Virus record (IMG/VR): IMGVR_UViG_3300030372_001977
Span: 1 to 64,000 of that record
Source of the DNA: a virus
Taxonomy: Duplodnaviria > Caudoviricetes
Reading direction: 5' to 3' (one strand)
DNA: 64,000 nucleotides
Below the pieces are notes generated by a model that was given only the letters and a program-made list of their open reading frames with translations, searched no databases and was not told where the DNA came from. Below, in pieces: positions 29,243 through 37,287 of the stretch. How positions within the stretch are numbered: the first letter of the stretch is position 1; every line of letters starts with the position of its first letter. The translations under genes and the position numbers were made by a program.

Positions 29243-29757
29243 TACATACTATATTTGTTTACTTCAATGCCCCCTCTGTTTGTATTAGCAGCTTGCTCTT
29301 CTTTTTTAACTATCTCTTCTAATCTTGATAAACCATCAACAACTTTCCCCATATTAGACAGATTAGCTATTAAATCTTTAGCATGAAATATAGGCTTACC
29401 ATGGTCATCCATTAAATGTAAGTCTATATCTCTAAAATATTTTTCTAACTTTACTATTGACTCTCTAGCAGCTTTTAATAATCTTACTGCTGATGTCTCT
29501 ATTAAAGTTTCGTACTTTTTACACCCTCCTAATACTTTTTCCGAAGGTTTCCATTTACTTTTTTCTCCAAATATACTATTTTTTACTTCAATTGTACGCT
29601 GCTCTCTATCATATACTGCAAATGGACTTTTATGATCTTCCATAAAATATATAAAAGCCAGCTCTTCAGCATTTAAAGTTTTTAACTGTATTATAGTTTT
29701 ACAGTATGGGCTAGGTACCGCTTTATTATCTTGTATGTGTATTAAATCTTCTCTCAT
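29242..29757 (-). CDS. conserved crAss-like protein upstream of terL (terminase small subunit candidate)
   Basis: ELAFIYFMEDHKSPF...RGGIEVNKY; helical; position. Confidence 0.5.
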   Translation of the reverse strand: MREDLIHIQDNKAVPSPYCKTIIQLKTLNAEELAFIYFMEDHKSPFAVYDREQRTIEVKNSIFGEKSKWKPSEKVLGGCKKYETLIETSAVRLLKAARESIVKLEKYFRDIDLHLMDDHGKPIFHAKDLIANLSNMGKVVDGLSRLEEIVKKEEQAANTNRGGIEVNKYSM

Positions 29758-30112
29758 GTTTTCTTACAAGTGTTAGGACATTCTTATATTTTTCTTTATC
29801 TTCTACTAGTTCTACAGTAATACTTATTTCATCTAGTTTTTCATTATTTTCTATTGCAATATCTTTTAAAATTCTTAATCTATGATTTCCATTGCACGCA
29901 TAATATCTATACTCTAAATTTTCTCCTTTATAATCTAAAACTTCAATATTATTTTGTATTCCATTTTCTTTAATATCTTCTTTTAACTGTTTATTTGACC
30001 AATAACAATTATTTTTAATCGTATGTTTAACTCCATACTTTGCATAAAAACCACCAGCATTACAAAAACAACCTTTAATTTGACTTAAAAATAAAGTTGT
30101 AGTTTTACTCAT
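29726..30112 (-). CDS. ParB/Srx N-terminal-like domain protein
   Basis: LKEDIKENGIQNNIEV...YYACNGNHRLRIL resembles the ParB L..SI...G...PI.V...DG.HR motif. Confidence 0.6.
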   Translation of the reverse strand: MSKTTTLFLSQIKGCFCNAGGFYAKYGVKHTIKNNCYWSNKQLKEDIKENGIQNNIEVLDYKGENLEYRYYACNGNHRLRILKDIAIENNEKLDEISITVELVEDKEKYKNVLTLVRKHERRFNTHTR

Positions 30113-30365
30113 CTACTTTTTTATTGTGTATTTCTAAAAACTGTTTTATAGTTTCAAATTGCATACAATAATCATATAATATTTTTTCATCCTCAGTATG
30201 CTCTTTTTTAGCATCATGAATTAAAGCATATTTAAATAAAGCCATTTCATGATTTTGTAACTGCGAATCTCTTTCACGAATTAACATATAAACATCGTAG
30301 TCAATCTTTTTTTGCATTCCATTAATAAATACCTTCTTCTTACTTTTCTTTTTTTCTTTTTTCAT
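30105..30365 (-). CDS. hypothetical protein, Lys-rich N-terminus
   Basis: Packed ORF with overlapping start and stop. Confidence 0.65.
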   Translation of the reverse strand: MKKEKKKSKKKVFINGMQKKIDYDVYMLIRERDSQLQNHEMALFKYALIHDAKKEHTEDEKILYDYCMQFETIKQFLEIHNKKVDE

Positions 30366-30588
30366 TTAATTTAGTAATATGTTTAATTCTATTAGGGTTT
30401 ACAGAAAATTTACCAAAGTAAGGTAGACGAACACTATCAAAATTTCCCTGTTTCATTATCTTTTCTACAAATTTAAATTGTGAGTTTACAATATTTTCTA
30501 CTTTTTTAAGGGAAAGATTATATTTAGTCGCTAGAATCTGTATTATTATTTTTTTGTCTTTCAGCATTTTCTTTTTTGTAGTTTTCAA
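30340..30588 (-). CDS. HU/IHF-like DNA-binding protein
   Basis: IQILATKYNLSLKKVENIVNSQFKFV...VRLPYFGKFSV, HU fold; true start may be MLKDKK at 30567. Confidence 0.8.
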   Translation of the reverse strand: MKTTKKKMLKDKKIIIQILATKYNLSLKKVENIVNSQFKFVEKIMKQGNFDSVRLPYFGKFSVNPNRIKHITKLNEKRKKEK

Positions 30589-31057
30589 CCTCTTCTGGAG
30601 GTATTATCTTCATGTTTCCAGGACCTGCAGGCATCATAGTTGGGGGATTTGTATATATTTTTGTACCGTTAGCATCATAATAATGATATGCTTCTTCTAT
30701 GTCTGGAGTGTTTTCTTTTTCTTTCTCCTTATCAGCTTTATCTGCTGCTTCTTTTTCTTCTTTTGATAATTCTTGCTTTTCCCACTTATCTTTTGGGCAA
30801 TCTGCTGTTTTCCATTTTGCTTTATGTTCTAACAAACAGCCGCAAGCTCCACACCTCATACTTTTTTCAATTAAAAATTCACATTCTTTGCAAGTATCTA
30901 ATCTTGCTACGTAGTCTTCTTCAGTTACATTAGGGGCACCTTCTTTTACATACTTAGCTACTTCTTTTGTAAAACTTTTAGCCATTTGAAAAAATGATGG
31001 GGGTTTTACATAATGTTCTTCGTTATCAATTTTTTCTTTATCAGTCATATTTCTCAA
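30524..31057 (-). CDS. zinc-binding protein (DUF6171-like)
   Basis: RLDTCKECE...RCGACGCLLEHKAKWKTADCPKDKW; likely start MTDKEK at 31048. Confidence 0.65.
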   Translation of the reverse strand: MRNMTDKEKIDNEEHYVKPPSFFQMAKSFTKEVAKYVKEGAPNVTEEDYVARLDTCKECEFLIEKSMRCGACGCLLEHKAKWKTADCPKDKWEKQELSKEEKEAADKADKEKEKENTPDIEEAYHYYDANGTKIYTNPPTMMPAGPGNMKIIPPEEVENYKKENAERQKNNNTDSSD

Positions 31058-31160
31058 TCTTTAAAGTTATTAAATCTCCACTTGGATTTTGTAGTATAAT
31101 TATTTCATATGGCCCTACTTCAAAGTATGATGGTACTAAAATATCAAGTATATTATCCAT
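31041..31160 (-). CDS. 39-aa hypothetical protein, not in the ORF track
   Basis: Hand translation MDNILDILVPSYFEVGPYEIIILQNPSGDLITLKIEKYD; TAATG coupling with the upstream gene. Confidence 0.55.
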   Translation of the reverse strand: MDNILDILVPSYFEVGPYEIIILQNPSGDLITLKIEKYD

Positions 31161-31492
31161 TATCCTCTTTTTATTGTAACTTCTACCTTATCTGTATTTG
31201 GATTTAAAAATGGGTTAAGGGTATATACATTATCTTTCTTTATCATAGCCCCCTTATCTTTAAATCTTTTAATATAATTATTTAGTGTATTATAATCTGT
31301 AATTCCTATCATTCCTGCTACATTCTTTTTATTATTTATAGAACAAAGATTAATATCCTTTTTACTATCTTGAACATCTATAAATGCAGCTAAAATTTGT
31401 AGTTCTTTATTAGTTAAATTAAATATACCATTCCATATTTGTAAATATTTATATGTAGTATCTATATTAACTGTTATTTTTTTATTTTTCAT
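31160..31492 (-). CDS. winged-helix DNA-binding protein (RepL-like)
   Basis: LTNKELQILAAF...VAGMIGITDYNTLNNYIKRFKDKG...YTLNP. Confidence 0.6.
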   Translation of the reverse strand: MKNKKITVNIDTTYKYLQIWNGIFNLTNKELQILAAFIDVQDSKKDINLCSINNKKNVAGMIGITDYNTLNNYIKRFKDKGAMIKKDNVYTLNPFLNPNTDKVEVTIKRG

Positions 31493-31784
31493 TGTATTTA
31501 TTCTTTATACCTAATTTTTTATTTATTTCTTGTTGTTCTTTTTCTCTGTAGCCTTTACCCATATCTGTTCCATAGTATTCATCAAACGTAACTTCTTTTT
31601 TTCGTAAAGTTGGTTCTGTTCTTATAAGACTTGGAAAACCATCAAACTCTTTTTCTACCTCTTGCATCCAATCCCCACATTCACACTGAGCTTGTTCAGT
31701 CCTAACTTTACCATCTATAACTTTTAGTGTTGCTTTAGATAATTCTCTTGTGTTCCCACAACTATTACATATATACTTCAACAT
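31482..31784 (-). CDS. zinc-ribbon protein
   Basis: YICNSCG...QCECG. Confidence 0.6.
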   Translation of the reverse strand: MLKYICNSCGNTRELSKATLKVIDGKVRTEQAQCECGDWMQEVEKEFDGFPSLIRTEPTLRKKEVTFDEYYGTDMGKGYREKEQQEINKKLGIKNKYNEK

Positions 31785-31786
31785 TT

Positions 31787-31873
31787 CTACTCTTCGTTTT
31801 CAAAAATTATTTCTTTAGCTACAAATACAGCTCCTAGTATAATTAGTATAATTATTAATATTACGTCTATCAT
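31787..31873 (-). CDS. 28-aa membrane micropeptide, not in the ORF track
   Basis: Hand translation MIDVILIIILIILGAVFVAKEIIFENEE; fills the gap exactly. Confidence 0.55.
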   Translation of the reverse strand: MIDVILIIILIILGAVFVAKEIIFENEE

Positions 31874-32109
31874 ATTTTTAATTCTATTTTAGCAATGCCC
31901 CCATTTATATTGATCACTGCTGTTTGTGATTGTCTATTAAACTCCTCTACATACTTCTCTACATTCTCTCTTGTGCAAATAAAAGACAAAAATACCTGCA
32001 ACTCTTTAACTGCTAAATCTAAATCTTGTTTAGCTTTTAAAGTTTTAGAGTCAGAATCTAAAAAATCATGGTAATCTTTAAGGGATATAGTTACGCTACC
32101 TTTTACCAC
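31870..32109 (-). CDS. hypothetical protein (GTG start)
   Basis: 79 aa, overlaps the groES stop. Confidence 0.6.
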   Translation of the reverse strand: MVKGSVTISLKDYHDFLDSDSKTLKAKQDLDLAVKELQVFLSFICTRENVEKYVEEFNRQSQTAVININGGIAKIELKI

Positions 32110-32372
32110 TTACCTAACAACTGATGTTCCCCAACTAATAAAACATCTTTCTCATCTACACGAGACTTTATAGCCTCTGTTCTAGGATCTACCATAACAG
32201 TATCCCCAACTTTAACAAAATTGCACATAGGACCTACAGCTATTACCTCTAATATATTAGAACGTTTAGCATTATCCGCTGCTGTCTCATCTCCTACAAA
32301 AATACCTGACTCTGTTTGTGTAATTGTTGGGTCTGGAAGGATGACCCATGATCCATTTGGTTTAAATTCCAT
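32103..32372 (-). CDS. groES: co-chaperonin GroES-like
   Basis: FKPNGSWVIL, TESGIFV mobile loop, EVIAVGP, VKVGDTVMV, LLVGEHQLLG. Confidence 0.85.
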   Translation of the reverse strand: MEFKPNGSWVILPDPTITQTESGIFVGDETAADNAKRSNILEVIAVGPMCNFVKVGDTVMVDPRTEAIKSRVDEKDVLLVGEHQLLGKW

Positions 32373-32391
32373 AATCTATATATTTTTTTTA

Positions 32392-32424
32392 CAAATATAT
32401 AAACTATTTTTTTATATTTCCAAA
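32392..32424 (-). promoter_or_regulatory. Bacteroidota sigma70 promoter (TTTG -33 / TATATTTG -7) heading the packaging operon
   Basis: TTTG (32424-32421), 21-nt spacer, TATATTTG (32399-32392), 19 nt before the groES ATG. Confidence 0.8.
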
Positions 32425-32454
32425 TGTTTTTTAAGAAAAGTTTGTTTACTGGAA

Positions 32455-32710
32455 GTAACTAGACGCAGTTATCCCCCTTGAGATTTTATTTCAAACTTGG
32501 ACTTCGTATCTAGCAGTGCTCCTTGTTAAGGGACCCAGGGATAATAAAACTGATGTTAATTCATCACACTTACCTATGTGTAATTTACCCCAACTAGAAC
32601 TTATACACTCGTTCTTTTGCAATTACCGGAGAAAACTCTATCTCTATTTGAGACTACAATCCGATGTCTTTTCCCATTTTTGGTTACCGTGGGATGAAAT
32701 TATTGCGATG
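32455..32710 (-). ncRNA. candidate structured non-coding RNA (~250 nt)
   Basis: ORF-poor, GC-enriched island directly downstream of a TATTTTTG element; several stems (TCCCA/TGGGA, AGAC/GTCT, GAAC/GTTC, CACA/TGTG, TGATG/CATCA, CCTT/AAGG, TTATCCCT/GGGGGATAA). Confidence 0.4.
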
Positions 32711-32718
32711 CAAAAATA
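32711..32718 (-). promoter_or_regulatory. TAnnTTTG element (TATTTTTG) with no adjacent ORF
   Basis: Consensus match, followed by a non-coding structured stretch. Confidence 0.55.
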
Positions 32719-32729
32719 ATAAAAATTTA

Positions 32730-32801
32730 TTACAATCCAAATAAAAACACAATAATCATAAGTAATAAATATATTACAGGTGTTAAATCTATTCTTTTCA
32801 T
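32730..32801 (-). CDS. 23-aa hydrophobic micropeptide with its own promoter
   Basis: Hand translation MKRIDLTPVIYLLLMIIVFLFGL; TATATTTG at 32813-32806 ends 4 nt before the ATG. Confidence 0.5.
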   Translation of the reverse strand: MKRIDLTPVIYLLLMIIVFLFGL

Positions 32802-33004
32802 ACTGCAAATATACCTAGCTGCTATCCAAATAATGTTAAGGTAATGTTAAATTTTAAAAATAAAAAAAATTTTTTTGGTGGGTTAATGAGCGTGAGGACC
32901 AGCACAATCAAAGACCCCCGCTATTTTACGGAGTTCAAAGTACCCAGGCTTTAATCTTCAAACATTAATTATTTCTGGGAATAATCTAAAAACATAAATG
33001 CCTT

Positions 33005-33256
33005 ATGCTACCTACTATTACAGCTACAACAATTAGAACAACTACTAATCATGTATTAATATTCTACAAAGCCAACCCATTCTCTTGCGAGAACGCTATT
33101 GGCTATGTTCAAAAGAATAATCTTATACCTGAGACTATTCAGCCTAAAGATACATTTCAAATACCAGCTAATCCTATTCCTTTTCAGAAAGAAGATGAAA
33201 ATGGTAACATAATGTGTACTAAGGATGGTGAGCCATTGACGTTTCTTAAGTGGTAG
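33005..33256 (+). CDS. hypothetical early protein
   Basis: First plus-strand ORF, followed by a terminator. Confidence 0.65.
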   Translation: MLPTITATTIRTTTNHVLIFYKANPFSCENAIGYVQKNNLIPETIQPKDTFQIPANPIPFQKEDENGNIMCTKDGEPLTFLKW

Positions 33257-33257
33257 T

Positions 33258-33280
33258 AAAGGGAGTTCTTCCCTTTTTTT
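33258..33280 (+). terminator. intrinsic terminator
   Basis: AAAGGGA-GTTCT-TCCCTTT then a T run. Confidence 0.8.
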
Positions 33281-33404
33281 GTTTTCTTGTCGTAAACAAT
33301 CACGAAAGTGTGTGAGTGTGTCAATCAGGTCACATTCACCACTTTTTCCCACATTTTAACATTATATCAAATTGTAAAGATATAATAATATAACATTAAC
33401 AACT

Positions 33405-33505
33405 TAATAACAGGTGTAACAATAAGCCCAAAGGTTAGTGATAACCATCTAGATTTGGTGTCGAATTGAGTAGGAAACAAAAAAACCCTACTCAACCTGT
33501 TATTA
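33405..33505 (+). ncRNA. candidate three-way-junction RNA/ssDNA structure
   Basis: 11-bp closing stem TAATAACAGGT/ACCTGTTATTA, inner CCAAA/TTTGG with GGTTA-GTGA-TAACC hairpin, and a 9-bp TTGAGTAGG/CCTACTCAA stem. Confidence 0.45.
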
Positions 33506-33539
33506 TTAACCTAAACATTAACTAAACACAAATAAAGAC

Positions 33540-33704
33540 ATGGAAAAAACAACACCATTTTCTGATGCACTTAACGTTGCACCTTCAGAAAGAGAACAAA
33601 CAGAAATTAATATCTTAAGAGAATCTAACAGCAAGTTAAAACTTGAGCTACTAAAACTAAAAGAGAAACTTAAGAAGATTAGAGAAGAGGCGGAATGGAA
33701 CTAG
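33540..33704 (+). CDS. 54-aa coiled-coil protein, not in the ORF track
   Basis: Hand translation MEKTTPFSDALNVAPSEREQTEINILRESNSKLKLELLKLKEKLKKIREEAEWN. Confidence 0.65.
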   Translation: MEKTTPFSDALNVAPSEREQTEINILRESNSKLKLELLKLKEKLKKIREEAEWN

Positions 33705-33898
33705 CAATAAGAAAGTTTATAATCTATCCTATAATGGACAGAATATTTAACTATAAACAGAAACCTAGTAATATACAGCCAATGAAAATAGAATGCACTG
33801 CACATCCAGCAACTAGTAAGAAATTACAATGCTTAGATGTAAGAAGCATAACTTATGATGATTGGCTAAAATATATTAGACATGAATGCACAAGATAA
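33695..33898 (+). CDS. hypothetical early protein
   Basis: 67 aa, overlapping chain of small ORFs. Confidence 0.6.
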   Translation: MELAIRKFIIYPIMDRIFNYKQKPSNIQPMKIECTAHPATSKKLQCLDVRSITYDDWLKYIRHECTR

Positions 33899-33980
33899 AT
33901 ATAAGAGAACAATGCGAGAGTTATACTATGCTTATATAGGTATAATTCTTGTGTTGGTCTACGCAATTATAGCACAGTAA
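33882..33980 (+). CDS. 32-aa membrane micropeptide, not in the ORF track
   Basis: Hand translation MNAQDKYKRTMRELYYAYIGIILVLVYAIIAQ. Confidence 0.5.
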   Translation: MNAQDKYKRTMRELYYAYIGIILVLVYAIIAQ

Positions 33981-34044
33981 ACACAAGGTTGATGATATAC
34001 CTTTTTAAAATCATCAAATTAACCCATTAAAAATCAATTAAACA

Positions 34045-34719
34045 ATGGCAAATCAATTAAATGAAGGAGGGAAACCAAGAGCACAAGAGCTAATGTCTTC
34101 CCTAAAAGTAGGTCAAACAGTACTTACAAAAGTAATCAAAACTAGTAATCCTGACTATGTAAGAATGGAGTTAGTGGAGAGAATCGCAAAATCTAACAGC
34201 AAACCATCTGATGACGGCATAATAAGTATGTATGAAATGTCTATCGGTGCTAATAGCTCGTTACAGTATTTCTGGCAACCAGTTAGTGTAGATCACTTAC
34301 AAGCTTGGCTAGATATACCTGAGTTAGACATTGCGTTAGCAGAGTTTACAACTGAGGTTGACTCAAAAGGTAAATCAAGAGAGGTTTACTATCTAAATGT
34401 ACCTCAACCAACTGCGTATGTTAATCCTGCAACAGGAGAAGCTATCGAAGTTAGAATGCATGGTAGAATCATTGAGACTACTGAGGGCCAAGACTGGCAA
34501 GTGGAGAACAATGACGTTAAAAGAAATCCATCTACTGGAGATGCTATCACACACAATGGTAACTATGTTTACTATAATAATAAGATAGTATTTACTGCAG
34601 ATGTTAGTGATAACGCTAAAGTACCTCATGTATTTCTAGCTAACGATGTACAGTCAGTGACTTCTAAAGTGGAAGCTAAAGAGGAAGTTCTAGACGAAGT
34701 GCAGTTAGACATGATGTAA
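34045..34719 (+). CDS. hypothetical protein (224 aa, beta-rich, acidic tail)
   Basis: Clear ORF with an AATCAATTAAAC leader and a downstream terminator. Confidence 0.75.
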   Translation: MANQLNEGGKPRAQELMSSLKVGQTVLTKVIKTSNPDYVRMELVERIAKSNSKPSDDGIISMYEMSIGANSSLQYFWQPVSVDHLQAWLDIPELDIALAEFTTEVDSKGKSREVYYLNVPQPTAYVNPATGEAIEVRMHGRIIETTEGQDWQVENNDVKRNPSTGDAITHNGNYVYYNNKIVFTADVSDNAKVPHVFLANDVQSVTSKVEAKEEVLDEVQLDMM

Positions 34720-34760
34720 AATATGGACTACAGATAAGGCAATCTGTGTTTTTAACAGTT

Positions 34761-34784
34761 AAGGGGACTTTCGAGTCCTCTTTT
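34761..34784 (+). terminator. intrinsic terminator with UUCG loop
   Basis: AGGGGACT-TTCG-AGTCCTCT then TTTT; preceded by an ACAGAT/ATCTGT hairpin. Confidence 0.85.
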
Positions 34785-34806
34785 CTGTTTTTATAACAAA
34801 TTTTTT

Positions 34807-34814
34807 TATATTTG
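34807..34814 (+). promoter_or_regulatory. TAnnTTTG element (TATATTTG) heading the replication operon
   Basis: Directly after the terminator, 25 nt before the ATG at 34840. Confidence 0.75.
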
Positions 34815-34839
34815 TAGTCTTAATTTTAAATATATAATC

Positions 34840-35103
34840 ATGAGTGGAAAACCATACAACACGTATCTCGACAAAATACAAATTGTTATAAAGAAGAAGA
34901 TGGTAAAAGAGAAAATTAAATTTCAGGGTAAAATGATAGTTAGAGAAAGAGTAGAAACTGAATTTAAACTTCCAAAAATAATCAACACTGACATAGGTTA
35001 TCAGCTTATGTTTGGAAATAAACCATCAATACCAAAATATAAACAAGACAGTGGTATAGAAGAAATGTCTGTAATAAGCAACCAAAACTATATCATGGAC
35101 TAA
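34840..35103 (+). CDS. hypothetical protein
   Basis: 87-aa ORF after the promoter. Confidence 0.65.
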   Translation: MSGKPYNTYLDKIQIVIKKKMVKEKIKFQGKMIVRERVETEFKLPKIINTDIGYQLMFGNKPSIPKYKQDSGIEEMSVISNQNYIMD

Positions 35104-35135
35104 TAAATTAACTAATCAATTAAAACACAATTATC

Positions 35136-35372
35136 ATGGGAAAAATGAAATGGATTTATCAAATGGTGCAAGATGGCACTTCAGAAGATTTTATCAAAGC
35201 ATATTTACAAGCTAAGTTACAAGACAAGCAAGAATTTATCTTTGATTCACAAACTATCAGTATATTACAAGGCAAGTCTATAATGCGGGAGATCAGAAAA
35301 GTAGACAAGGAATACAATGAATACATAGACACACGAGCTGAAATGTATGGTAGACAATACTACGGAGAATGA
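35136..35372 (+). CDS. hypothetical protein
   Basis: 78 aa, ATGA overlap with polA. Confidence 0.7.
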   Translation: MGKMKWIYQMVQDGTSEDFIKAYLQAKLQDKQEFIFDSQTISILQGKSIMREIRKVDKEYNEYIDTRAEMYGRQYYGE

Positions 35373-37267
35373 TCTACTTAATAGACGGACACAATACTCA
35401 ATTACTTTCACCACATTATCAAAAGGCAACTATTGAAGATGCGGTGGAGTATTGTTCCACTAAAACTGTACTAGGAGTAGACACAGAGACTGAGGGCTTT
35501 GACTTCACATGTAAGAAAATGATTATGTTTCAGATTGGAGACAAAGACAAACAGTTTGTGATTGACACTAGAACAGTTAGTGTAGAACCACTGCGCAGTA
35601 TACTAGAAAGCAAAGACATTATAAAAGTATTTCACAATGCTAAATTTGACTATAAGTTTATAAAAAGGTGGGGAAATATAGAATGTGAAGGTATTTATGA
35701 TACATTTCTAACTGAGCGTGTGTTAAACTGTGGTAAAGACGGTGTTAAATACGGACTTAAAGATGTTTGTAAAAAATACCTAAACGTTGAGCTGAACAAA
35801 GACGTAAGGAATCAGTTTATAGGATTAACAGGTCAACCATTTGAGAATAGTCAGATTATATACGGTGCTAAAGACGTTGAATACTTGCTAGGTGTTAGGG
35901 ACCACCAGTTACCACTGATAGAAAGATATAAGTTAAATAATGTGGTAGAGCTTGAGAACAAAGCAGTTACTGCATTTGCTGACATAGAGTATAATGGTTT
36001 AGATTTAGATACAGAGAGTTGGAAAGAGATAAAGAAAACGAACACACATAAAGCTGACATGTTGCTTATAAATCTAGATTTAATGTTAACAGAGGATTAC
36101 AGGTTAAAGAAGTTTGTATCTAAATATTTACAAACAGATATGTTTACACCTGTAGAAGACTTAAGAAAGGTTGATGTAAAATGGACGTCACCTAAACAAG
36201 TTCTAGATGTATTTAAAGTGTTGATTCCTAAGTTAGAGAATGTAAATGGGAAAGCTATGTATAAACATAGGTATAAGTTCCCACTTATAAATACATATGT
36301 AGAATACAAAGAGGCAATGAAACTGTGTACATCTTATGGTGATGCATTTTTTAAGAATTTGTCCTCAGATAATAGAATTCATACCAATTTTCACCAGATA
36401 CTAGACACTGGCCGTGTAAGTAGCAGCAAGCCTAACATGCAGCAGATACCTGCTGACAATGTATACAGGAACTGTTTCATTGCACCCGATGGTTGGAGTT
36501 TTGTCAGTGCCGATTATTCTTCACAAGAGTTAAATGTCATAGCTTATGGTAGCCAAGATCCAGTTTGGATAGAAGCACTAAAGAATAATGAGGACCTACA
36601 CTCCACATGTGCCGAGCTAGTATATGGTGATCAATGGTTAAACAGTGGGGAAGATGATTGCGCTTATTTTAAGAATAAAGTAAAATGTAATTGTCCTAAT
36701 CACAAAAAACTTAGAACTAATGTCAAAACAATTAATTTCGGTCTTGCTTATGGCATGGGCCCTAATAAGCTTTCTGATACTCTTAACATCAGTTTGGAAG
36801 GAGCTAAAGAACTCATCGAAGAGTATTTCAAAGCATTCCCAGCGATCAAAGGATTCTTAGATAAGCTAGGTAACTATGGTAAGAAGTATGGGTATATTAA
36901 AACATTTCCTCCTTATAATAGGAAGAGGTGGTTTAGTAACTGGTATCCAAAGATTTGGAATAACAAGTCATCTATGATGGAGCTTGGTAGTATTGAACGA
37001 GCATCTAAAAATACACCTATACAAGGAGCTAGCGCAGATATGACAAAGCTGGCACTAGTACTTATGAGGGACTATATAAAGATAACTAATTGTCCTGTTA
37101 AACTAGTAATGACTGTACATGATCAGATAGATACTATATGTAGTAATGAGTATTTAGAAGAGTGGACAGTCAAAATGCAAGAGCTTATGGAACTGGCTGC
37201 TAATCAAATAGTTAAGAACGGCTTATTGAAAGCAGAAGTATCAGTAAGTAATTGTTGGGAAAAGTAA
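35369..37267 (+). CDS. polA: DNA polymerase family A with 3'-5' exonuclease (Phe at the 762-equivalent)
   Basis: Exo I GVDTETEG, HNAKFD; TGRVSSSKPNMQQIP; motif A SADYSSQEL; motif B KTINFGLAYG; motif C TVHDQI. Confidence 0.95.
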   Translation: MIYLIDGHNTQLLSPHYQKATIEDAVEYCSTKTVLGVDTETEGFDFTCKKMIMFQIGDKDKQFVIDTRTVSVEPLRSILESKDIIKVFHNAKFDYKFIKRWGNIECEGIYDTFLTERVLNCGKDGVKYGLKDVCKKYLNVELNKDVRNQFIGLTGQPFENSQIIYGAKDVEYLLGVRDHQLPLIERYKLNNVVELENKAVTAFADIEYNGLDLDTESWKEIKKTNTHKADMLLINLDLMLTEDYRLKKFVSKYLQTDMFTPVEDLRKVDVKWTSPKQVLDVFKVLIPKLENVNGKAMYKHRYKFPLINTYVEYKEAMKLCTSYGDAFFKNLSSDNRIHTNFHQILDTGRVSSSKPNMQQIPADNVYRNCFIAPDGWSFVSADYSSQELNVIAYGSQDPVWIEALKNNEDLHSTCAELVYGDQWLNSGEDDCAYFKNKVKCNCPNHKKLRTNVKTINFGLAYGMGPNKLSDTLNISLEGAKELIEEYFKAFPAIKGFLDKLGNYGKKYGYIKTFPPYNRKRWFSNWYPKIWNNKSSMMELGSIERASKNTPIQGASADMTKLALVLMRDYIKITNCPVKLVMTVHDQIDTICSNEYLEEWTVKMQELMELAANQIVKNGLLKAEVSVSNCWEK

Positions 37268-37287
37268 ATAACTTAAAAATATAAATT

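Noticed and set aside
33405-33505. Known self-cleaving ribozyme (hammerhead, twister, pistol)
   Set aside because: Required cores (CUGAnGA/GAAA; twister or pistol consensus in order) were not found; kept only as an unclassified structure
32372-34045. tRNA genes in the intergenic/early region
   Set aside because: No cloverleaf with a T-loop GTTCRA and a matching acceptor stem; GAGTTCAAAG near 32931 lacks the rest
27021-37267. Introns or inteins in terL and polA
   Set aside because: Both are single ORFs of ordinary length with no HINT or homing-endonuclease motifs
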